From an uncultured Gammaproteobacteria bacterium (lineage in GTDB: Bacteria > Pseudomonadota > Gammaproteobacteria > Pseudomonadales > Halieaceae), in contig CAWIZY010000007.1 of NCBI GenBank assembly GCA_963840725.1, positions 78,474 through 142,473 on the forward strand: 64,000 nt of DNA, in the 5' to 3' direction. The notes below the pieces were generated by a model that worked only from the letters and a program-made list of their open reading frames with translations, had not been told where the DNA came from and ran no database searches. Below, in pieces: positions 39,682 through 47,437 of the stretch; the first letter of the stretch is position 1; every line of letters starts with the position of its first letter. The position numbers were made by a program, and so were the translations under genes.

Positions 39682-40888
39682 CTAAAAACAGGCTTGCAGC
39701 GGTAGCGGATGACTCAAAAAGTGAAGCGGGCTTGCACTATAGCCATAGGCCCCCGACTGGTAGATAACTACCAGATCACCGACCTGTGTCACTGGCAGAT
39801 CAATGTTCTGGGCCAATATGTCAAGCGGTGTGCACAACGGCCCCACGATGTTGACAGTTTCGGTCTGCTGCGAATGAATGCGATTCCCAATGGCAACGGG
39901 GTAATTCTTGCGGATAATCTGGCCAAAATTGCCCGAGGCAGCCAAGTGGTGATGTAGTCCGCCATTGGTGATCAGGAACGCCTGGCCTCGCGACAGTTTT
40001 CGGTCTGTTATCTCGCAGACATAGATGCCGGCCCCACCGACCAGGTAGCGGCCCAGCTCAATCACAAGTTCAATGCCGGGAAACCGATGTTCAGCCACGG
40101 CGGCAAGGCGCTCGAGATTTTGAGCGATCGGTGTCACGTCCAGCGCTTCCTCTCCGGGGAAATACGGAATACCCAAACCGCCGCCCAGATTGAGCCATTT
40201 CAGCGCTACCTGGGTTTCCTCGGCCAGCCGCATTGCGAGTTCCAGAGCTTTGGTGTGTGTGTCAATTATGGCCTGTGTCCGAAGACTCTGGGAGCCGCTG
40301 AAAATGTGGAGGCCGATGAAGTCGACAGCCAACTCCGGCAGTCCTGCCAGCACCGAGGGAACGACCTCTGCGTCGATGCCAAAGGGCCTCGGCCCGCCAC
40401 TCATTTTCATGCCAGCTGTCTTCAGCTCGAAGTCGGGGTTGACCCGAATGACTACCCGGGGCCGCTTGCCGCGTTGGCGACCCAGCGCAGCCACTCGCCC
40501 CAGTTCACGCTCCGATTCGATCACAATGATCACGCCGCCGTCCACCGCTGCTGACAGGTCCTTAGCGGATTTTCCAGGCCCAGCGAAACTGATGGTAGCG
40601 GGGTTTATGCCGGTCCCCAGTGCGATGTCGAGCTCGCCGGAGGAAGCCACGTCCAGTCCGTCGGCAATGGCCGCGAAGTGCTTGACGACCGCTGGCATCG
40701 GGTTGGCCTTGACTGCATAGTGAACGTGCACTGCAGCGGGAAAGCACAGACCTCAGGTTGGACATTGTCTGGCTCATAACTGCCCGGTCGTAGGCGTAAA
40801 ATGGCGTCTGACCCAGTTCGCTCGCCAGTGCGGTCAGCGCTCGACCACCAATTTGCAGTTGGTTGTCGGCGATGGGAAACTGCGTCAT
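39682..40888 (-). pseudogene. Exosortase-A-associated PLP-dependent decarboxylase (TIGR03099-like, DapDC/ODC fold), interrupted by one frameshift
   Basis: The N-terminus 'MTQFPIADNQLQIGGRALTALASELGQTPFYAYDRAVMSQTMSNLRSVL' (40930 frame) continues as 'PAAVHVHYAVKANP...' only in the 40731 frame. The switch falls at the TTT run on the coding strand (plus 40741-40743), consistent with one extra base. Confidence 0.8.
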
Positions 40889-40926
40889 CGGAGCATGACC
40901 TACTGCGGCGGGTTTACTTTTCTCTT

Positions 40927-42530
40927 TCAACGGTCTGGTTCCAGGAAAGTGTTCTTGTGTTGACTGGCCAGTGAGGTTCGATCGATCTTGCCGTTAGGGT
41001 TAAGCGGCAAGCTATCAACTACAAAGATTGCCTTGGGCACCATAAAAGCTGGCAGTTCATGACGGCACTGCCTCATTAGCTCCTCCCGGGTGCTGTGATC
41101 GCCGTGCGGCGGTGTGTTGAGGCTGACCACCAACGCAATCGCCTGACCGATATCGGGATGCGGCAGTCCAAGCGCAGCGGCCTCGACCACTCCGGATATG
41201 TTGAGAGCAACCTCCTCAATTTCAGAAGGGCTGACGCGATAGCCGGATGTCTTGATCAACTGATCCTCGCGACTGATAAAATACAGGTAGCCTTCGCTAT
41301 CTTTCATTACCCGGTCTCCGGACCACACCGCCAGTTCAGTCAAAGGCAACTGGGGGGCGGCTGGGCGGGGCATGGACGAAATCGTATGGCGGTGGCTTCC
41401 GGATCGTTCCAGTAACCCATGGACACCATTGCGCCCCGGTGCACCAACTCGCCGGATTCACCAGGTCACACGGCTGGTCCGTCGTTATTGATCACCAGTA
41501 TCTCGGCATTGGGGATCGCCCTGCCAATGGAATCCGGACGCCGGGTCACCTGATCAGGTGGAAGGTACGTGGACCGGAAGGACTCGGTAAGACCGTACAT
41601 AAGGTAAATGTCGGTGTCTGGCAGTTTTTTCTGCAGTGTCCGCGTTGTGGCGACGGGCATGGCTCCGCCGGTGCTGCTGACGAAACGCAACGACTCTGCT
41701 GCCTCGGGGGGCCAGTCCAGATTAGACAGCTTGTTCCACAGGGGAGGTACGGCCGCTAGCCCGGTCACCCGGTAGTGACAGACGGCCTTAATGACGTCCC
41801 CCGGGAGCAGGTAATCCAGCAGCACAACGCGGGCGCCGGCGACAAATGCAGTCGTCAGCTGGCTCAGCCCCGCGTCAAAGCTCAGCGGTAACACCGCCAG
41901 CAAGCGGTCACCGGCAACTGTATGGGTATACTCGGCGACACTGCGGGCCCCCGCCACCAGGTTGCCATGGGACAGGACAACACCCTTGGGTTTACCGGTG
42001 CTGCCGGAAGTGTAGAGTATGGCGGCGATGTCCTGGTCTATGCGCTCACGTGTCACTGGCCGGCGCGACTGGCCGAGCGCCGACCATGAAAGAACCTCGG
42101 CCCGGAGCGGAAGCTCTGAGGGCGTTGCCGTGACCTCCTCGACAAGGATGATAGAGCCGAGGGACCGGCACCCGGGCAGGGTTGGTGTCAATAGCTGCAG
42201 GCGCTGAGACGAGGTGATCAGGACTTTGACGTCACAATCATCGAGTATATGCAGCACCTGCCGGGGTTTCAGCAGGGGGTTGATCGGCACAAAGCAGGCA
42301 TTGGCATACGAGCTGCCGAACAGAGCGAACACCGTCTCTGGTAGCTTGGGTAGAAATACGGCGATGCGGTCGCCCGGACCAACGCCAAGCTGCTGCAGGC
42401 CCGATGCAACAGAAGTTGCTGCCGCTTCCAGTTCAGCATACGTAACCTGCCGTTCACCCGCTTGCAGGGCGATAGCGTGCGGACACCGTGCAGCTTGTTC
42501 ACTGATGCAGTCGTGTATGAGTGTGGTCAT
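40927..42530 (-). pseudogene. Exosortase-A-associated acyl-CoA ligase (AMP-forming, TIGR03098-like), interrupted by an in-frame TGA and a frameshift
   Basis: The N-terminal part (start ATG 42530, 'YTSGSTGKPKGV') ends at TGA 41466-41468, yet the same frame continues 'PGESGELVHRGAMVSMGYWNDPEATAIRFRP'. The C-terminal part ('AVWSGDRVMKDSEGYLYFISREDQLIKTSGYRVSP') is in another frame, and the switch is most simply placed at the C6 run (plus G6, 41352-41357). Confidence 0.8.
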
Positions 42531-42757
42531 TAAACGTGCTAAACCCCCGGTCTCTGCTTGTGGTAGCAGCCAAGCTATTGTAGCTTCAAGCCTCGGCGCC
42601 ATAGAAGTAAATAGTGGGGATTCAAGCACTTGTCTGAACAATCATATCGATCACTCCATCATCCATATCGGTTTTCCTGTGCTCCATTGCGGCGACAACG
42701 GGCTGACCTGTTAACGGGTTCACTGCCGGTAGCGGTCGAGTCCGAGCGGGGGCCCAG

Positions 42758-43525
42758 ATGCTGAAAAGGATGCTGATTGCGCTATGCTGCCTGACAGCTC
42801 TGAGTGTGCAGAGCGCCAGTTTGCCCGATGTGATAGATCGTGTGCGCGGGGGGGTCGTGGGGGTGGGGAAGGTCTATCCACCGCGCCAGCCGATACCCAA
42901 GAAAAAGGCGCGACTGACCTTCTCCGGCACCGGGTTCGTGGTGGGCAACGGCCGACAAATCATTACCAATGCACACGTCATTCCTGAGCAGATTGACAGC
43001 GATAACAATGAGAGGCTGGCGATCTTCAGCGGTACGGGCCACCAGAATCAGGCGCACTATGCTCGCGTGATAAAAGTTGACGCAGAACATGATCTGGCCC
43101 TGCTGGCCATAGACTCCCCCGCACTGCCCGCACTGCAGCTGGGTGACTCAGACCAGGTCAGAGAGGGGCAGTCCGTTGTCTTCACGGGTTTTCCTATCGG
43201 CATGGTGTTGGGGCTGTTTCCCGTGACGCACCAGGGTATCATCGCCGCAATTACACCGATGGCGCGTCCGGCCGAGCGTGCAGCCACTCTGAACGCCGCG
43301 CAGATTCGCCGCATGCGCAATATGTTTAATGCCTTTCAACTGGATGCGATCGCCTACCCGGGAAATAGTGGTAGCCCTGTTTACGAGCCCGAGACCGGTC
43401 GTGTTATTGGCGTGGTAAACAGCGTGGTGGTGAAAGAATCGCGAGAGTCTCTCCTCACACGTCCCTCTGGGATCAGTTATGCTATCCCCGCCAAGTATGT
43501 TAAAAGCCTGCTGGGCAATCCGTGA
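42758..43525 (+). CDS. Secreted trypsin-like (S1) serine protease
   Basis: Signal peptide plus a His ('ITNAHVI'), Asp ('HDLALLAI'), Ser ('GNSGSPVY') triad context. Confidence 0.8.
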   Translation: MLKRMLIALCCLTALSVQSASLPDVIDRVRGGVVGVGKVYPPRQPIPKKKARLTFSGTGFVVGNGRQIITNAHVIPEQIDSDNNERLAIFSGTGHQNQAHYARVIKVDAEHDLALLAIDSPALPALQLGDSDQVREGQSVVFTGFPIGMVLGLFPVTHQGIIAAITPMARPAERAATLNAAQIRRMRNMFNAFQLDAIAYPGNSGSPVYEPETGRVIGVVNSVVVKESRESLLTRPSGISYAIPAKYVKSLLGNP

Positions 43526-43748
43526 CAGACGGTTGAATAAACCTGTGCCGTTGAGACGCGGTGTGAACGCGATTCTGGCCTTGTGTTTGGCGAAGGCGCC
43601 CGCAGGTATCACGCCTTGGTTGCGTTTTCGCCCGAACGTATTCGAGGCGTTCCCGTTGTCCTGTGGTTGCGCTGCGCGTGATTCTAGTTTGCAGGCTGAC
43701 GGTGGTTCAGTGGCCTGAAAAGTCCACTTGATGAGATAGTTAAATCGC

Positions 43749-44237
43749 ATGTTTTGGTCTAAGCCGTCTTACCGGGTACTGTTTGTCTGTACCGAGAATA
43801 TCTGCCGTTCACCTATGGCCGAAGCCCTGCTTAGGCAGCGGCTTCACGGTTTGGGTTTATCCAGAAAGGTTGGCGTGGACTCTGCGGGGACGCATGTGTC
43901 CCGGCGTGGCCAGAGACCCGATGCTCGGGTTGAGCAGGTCTGCGCAGCTACTGCCTGCAACCTCAGTGGTATCCGCTCGAGGCAGGTGAGCCAGCGCGAC
44001 CTTGTGAGGTACGATCTGGTGTTGGCGATGGAGCAATCGCATCTGGATTTCTTGCTGACCCTCTGTCCCGATAATTTCGAACACAAACTCAAGTTGGTGA
44101 TGGCTTACGGCCCGGCCCTCGGAGTCGAGGAAGTCCCCGACCCCTACTTCGGCAATAGGCAAAGTTTTGAACGGGTTCACACAATGCTGTCGTCCGCGCT
44201 GGACGGCTTGGCCGAAAAGCTGCTCACCCTCGGTTAA
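43749..44237 (+). CDS. Low-molecular-weight protein-tyrosine phosphatase
   Basis: 'VLFVCTENICRSPMAEA' (CX5R(S) P-loop) and 'DPY' near the C-terminus. 162 aa. Confidence 0.9.
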   Translation: MFWSKPSYRVLFVCTENICRSPMAEALLRQRLHGLGLSRKVGVDSAGTHVSRRGQRPDARVEQVCAATACNLSGIRSRQVSQRDLVRYDLVLAMEQSHLDFLLTLCPDNFEHKLKLVMAYGPALGVEEVPDPYFGNRQSFERVHTMLSSALDGLAEKLLTLG

Positions 44238-44320
44238 TGCCATTAATTGCGACCTTTTTGTTGCGACGTCTCGAAAGCAACTGTTCTAATTCATGGGTAT
44301 CGCGATGCCTGGAGTTGTTG

Positions 44321-45103
44321 ATGAACCTGCCCACGAGGAGCCCGCTGGCGCCTGTAACGGAGCGCAAGCCGACGCTGGTTGAGGACTTTCAGAATTACTT
44401 CACCCTCGAATTAGCGACCACGCCGGAGCAAATGGAGGCAATCTGGCGTATACGCTACCGGGTGTATTGCGAGGAATTTGGCTACGAGGCGGCGGAGGCG
44501 TTTCCCGACCAGTTGGAGGCAGATGACTTTGACAGCCATTCCGCCCATTGTCTCATCACCCATAATTCGAGTAAGATGCCGGCGGCCTGCGTGCGCCTGG
44601 TTGAGGTCGACAACACTCGCTTGATGCCCATGGAGCATTATTGCGCAGATGCCATTGAACGCGGGGTGCTCGATAGCTTTTCCAATCAACGGGCAACCTT
44701 GTGTGAGTTCTCCCGGTTGGCCGTGGACGGCGCGTTCCGCAGGCGAGCGGGAGAGCGGGCCACCCGCTTTGGGGAAATCTCCTCACTGGATATCACCCAG
44801 CGCGAACAACGCACGTTTTCACTGATTGCCGTTTCGACCTTTACCGCCGCTTTTGCACTCAGTGATGTGCTCGGTCGCACCAATGTTTTTGCTATGATGG
44901 AGCCCTTTCTGCCGCGGCTCTTGCGACGGTCCGGAATATTGGTGAATAAGGTGGGCAGCGATATCGACTACCATGGGCTGAGAGCACCCTACTTCATGAC
45001 CACCGACGCGGCCGCCGATGGCATGAAAGATGACCTGAAGGCCCTGTATCGGGATATACGCGGGGAGTTCGCGCAAACTTCGCTCGCCAGCCGGACCCGC
45101 TGA
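44321..45103 (+). CDS. PEP-CTERM/exosortase-system-associated GNAT acyltransferase (TIGR03694-like; related to N-acyl amino acid / autoinducer synthases)
   Basis: 260 aa from ATG 44321. 'FQNYFTLELATTPEQMEAIWRIRYRVYCEEFGYE' and 'CEFSRLAV' resemble that family. Call is by recollection of family features, not HMM. Confidence 0.7.
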   Translation: MNLPTRSPLAPVTERKPTLVEDFQNYFTLELATTPEQMEAIWRIRYRVYCEEFGYEAAEAFPDQLEADDFDSHSAHCLITHNSSKMPAACVRLVEVDNTRLMPMEHYCADAIERGVLDSFSNQRATLCEFSRLAVDGAFRRRAGERATRFGEISSLDITQREQRTFSLIAVSTFTAAFALSDVLGRTNVFAMMEPFLPRLLRRSGILVNKVGSDIDYHGLRAPYFMTTDAAADGMKDDLKALYRDIRGEFAQTSLASRTR

Positions 45104-45164
45104 GCCCGCGCGGGTTGAGCAGCGCAGGCCGGGTTCGTGAATCTATCGGGAGGCAGCGAGGCAC

Positions 45165-46025
45165 ATGGCTTTTGACTACAACGAAGCGTTTTCCCGCAAC
45201 ATCGGCTGGGTGACAGACCGTGAGCAGGCGCTGCTCAGGGAGAAGCGGATCGCCATTGCGGGCCTCGGTGGAGTCGGGGGCAGTCATGTATTGACAGCCG
45301 CTCGGTTGGGAATAGGTGGGCTCACCATTTCCGATCTGGATCATTTTGAACTCGCGAACTTCAACCGCCAGGCCGGTGCTGGCATGGGTTCACTGGGGCG
45401 ACCCAAGGTCGAGGTGCTGGCGCAGATGGCGCATGATATCAATCCGGATCTGGCCATTAGCCAATTTGGGTCAGGCGTCACGGCAACTAACGTCGATGCC
45501 TTCCTCGACGGCGTTGACCTATATATAGATGCGCTGGATTTTTTTGCCTTCGAGGCGCGGCAGACGGTCTTCAAGGCCTGCGAACAGCGCGGCATTCCAG
45601 CCATCACTGCGGCTCCACTGGGCATGGGTGTGGCCCTGTTGTGTTTTTTGCCGGGTCAGATGAGCTTTGAGGCGTATTTCCAGCTCGCCGGTCATGATCC
45701 TGACGAGCAGGCTTTGCGGCTGATGCTGGGTCTGTCACCCGCATTGTTGCAGATGGGCTACCTTGTCGATGATTCCCGGGTGGATTTCGAAGCCAGAAAA
45801 GGTCCCTCCACACCCATGGCTTGCGAGTTATGCGCGGGGTTTGCGGGCACCTATGCATTGAAGGTCTTGCTGGGCAGGGGTGAGGTAGTGGCCGCCCCCC
45901 GGGGTGTGCACTTCGATGCCTATCGCAATAAGCTGGCCACCACCTGGCGCCCGTGGGGCAATCGCAATCCGCTGCAGAAGCTGGGACTGGCGATAGCTCG
46001 TCGTCGGGTAATGGCCAAGCGGTGA
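45165..46025 (+). CDS. ThiF/MoeB-family (E1-like) adenylyltransferase
   Basis: 'IAIAGLGGVGGSHV' nucleotide loop and 'SDLDHFELANFNRQ'. 286 aa. Confidence 0.8.
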   Translation: MAFDYNEAFSRNIGWVTDREQALLREKRIAIAGLGGVGGSHVLTAARLGIGGLTISDLDHFELANFNRQAGAGMGSLGRPKVEVLAQMAHDINPDLAISQFGSGVTATNVDAFLDGVDLYIDALDFFAFEARQTVFKACEQRGIPAITAAPLGMGVALLCFLPGQMSFEAYFQLAGHDPDEQALRLMLGLSPALLQMGYLVDDSRVDFEARKGPSTPMACELCAGFAGTYALKVLLGRGEVVAAPRGVHFDAYRNKLATTWRPWGNRNPLQKLGLAIARRRVMAKR

Positions 46026-46041
46026 AGTCCGTCATTGAGGT

Positions 46042-46058
46042 TGTCAGGATATTTTACA
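46042..46058. promoter_or_regulatory. Putative enhancer (UAS): TGT-N11-ACA, AT-rich core
   Basis: TGTCAGGATATTTTACA, preceded by GAGGT. It lies 76 nt upstream of the -24 GG at 46135, inside an AT-rich intergenic stretch. Confidence 0.5.
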
Positions 46059-46133
46059 CTGGAGCCTCGAGCAGATGTTTTTTTCACGCCGTAAAATTTT
46101 TAAATGTATGATTTAAAAGAATTATTTGTTTAT

Positions 46134-46149
46134 TGGCACGTTAGCTGCT
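46134..46149 (+). promoter_or_regulatory. Sigma-54 (-24/-12) promoter of the PEP-CTERM protein gene
   Basis: TGGCACGTTAGCTGCT has a single mismatch to TGGCACG-N4-TTGCW. The -12 GC lies 95 nt upstream of the ATG at 46242. Confidence 0.7.
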
Positions 46150-46241
46150 TTATTCAGCGTGAGAGACAGCAGAACCTGACAAGTGTAAAGACTGTTGAAC
46201 TTGGGGATTATTCATTCATTCGTCGGAAGGGGTTTACTACG

Positions 46242-47165
46242 ATGAAACTATTGTTAAAAAAAGCTGCGATCGCTGCATCTCTGGTGGCGCTGAGTTCGAC
46301 AGCAAGCGCGATGTCGTTCCAGAGCAATGTGATGCTCGACGTTGGGGACAACGAGTACGACCTGCAAGGGGCTCCGTTCTTCGGCACGCAGGACGGCGAC
46401 ACACTGACCGGATTGTTTGATCAGTTTGGTTTCAGTCAATTTTTGGCCACTTCGGTGTACGATTTCACCGATGGCGAGATCTTTGGGGATTTTTACGACT
46501 CGAACAGAGCCGGTGACCTCCCGTTTGTACCGGGGTCAGGTACGGCGCTGGATGGAGAGACAACGGTAGTATTCAGGACTCCTGAGGATCCTGCACAGGT
46601 CGATATCGATGCGTTGTCACCACTGGCCCCGCCCTTAGACTCTGACAATGAGGGTTTCCTGGGTACTTGGGAGCTGGTGGCCGACTACACGTTTACCGGC
46701 AACCTCTCGCCTGTTGGACCGAGCTATACTGGCGGCGATATCAACTTCACTTTTCGGGAGCGAGTCGACGTCGGTGGTGATGGTGTACTGGACGAGTTCC
46801 TGGCATTGACGCTGACCGTCACCGGTTCGCAAATCGACGCGGCGAACCTGGCTGTGCTGTTTGACGTGACTTTTGCCGCAGACAACTTCCTGATGGTCGA
46901 GACACGGCCCGGTGTGTTTGTCGATGCGGCGGATTTGGTAGGTACCATGTCCCCGGTAATGGCGAGGCTTGATACCAACGTTGATCCGCCCATTCCAACG
47001 CCCGATCAGCTGCTCCTGGTTGATACGGATGGTGATGGGGTAGGCGACGCGGTGGCTCGCCAGTCGACTCTGGATGGTTCTATCGGCTTCCAGGTTCCGG
47101 TACCCGGTACTCTGCTGCTGATGGGACTGGGTCTGATGGGCCTGGGCTTGCGCAAGCGCAGCTAG
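46242..47165 (+). CDS. PEP-CTERM sorting-domain protein (secreted, exosortase substrate type)
   Basis: ATG at 46242 follows GGAAGGGG. It has the signal peptide 'MKLLLKKAAIAASLVALSSTASA' and a C-terminal 'VPVPGTLLLMGLGLMGLGLRKRS' (PEP-like motif, TM helix, basic tail). Confidence 0.85.
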   Translation: MKLLLKKAAIAASLVALSSTASAMSFQSNVMLDVGDNEYDLQGAPFFGTQDGDTLTGLFDQFGFSQFLATSVYDFTDGEIFGDFYDSNRAGDLPFVPGSGTALDGETTVVFRTPEDPAQVDIDALSPLAPPLDSDNEGFLGTWELVADYTFTGNLSPVGPSYTGGDINFTFRERVDVGGDGVLDEFLALTLTVTGSQIDAANLAVLFDVTFAADNFLMVETRPGVFVDAADLVGTMSPVMARLDTNVDPPIPTPDQLLLVDTDGDGVGDAVARQSTLDGSIGFQVPVPGTLLLMGLGLMGLGLRKRS

Positions 47166-47224
47166 AGAAAGCTGAAACCGGGCCGGCGCAGCTGGAGCGG
47201 TTTGCCGAGAACAAAGCCGAGGAA

Positions 47225-47248
47225 GGGGCGCGAGAGCGCCCCTTTTTT
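47225..47248 (+). terminator. Rho-independent terminator
   Basis: GGGGCGC-GAGA-GCGCCCC followed by T6. Confidence 0.85.
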
Positions 47249-47437
47249 GTGGCCGGTCAATCTAGCGTTATCGTTGAGCTGCCACAGACAGGCTCTTCTT
47301 CCTGATCGACGATTGCCCCCTGGCGAGACCCGGGTCCGGGCCTCTCAGGCCCGGTCGCGCAGCTTTTCTGCGGTTTATAAGGGTGCGCGCTTGCCTGGGC
47401 GAGCAGGCTGAGGCAAGATCACGCCACGATAATAGCC

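Noticed and set aside
41466-41468. In-frame TGA in the acyl-CoA ligase as a selenocysteine or programmed readthrough codon
   Set aside because: AMP-forming ligases of this family are not known selenoproteins. I see no obvious SECIS-like hairpin immediately downstream. The same gene also carries a frameshift. A nonsense mutation or base-call error is simpler.
44294-44309. Sigma-54-like match TGGGTATCGCGATGCC before the acyltransferase gene
   Set aside because: The GG-N10-GC spacing is right, but the flanking consensus is poor. The -12 element lies only about 12 nt from the ATG, leaving no 5' UTR or RBS. No TGT-N11-ACA element sits at the expected distance.
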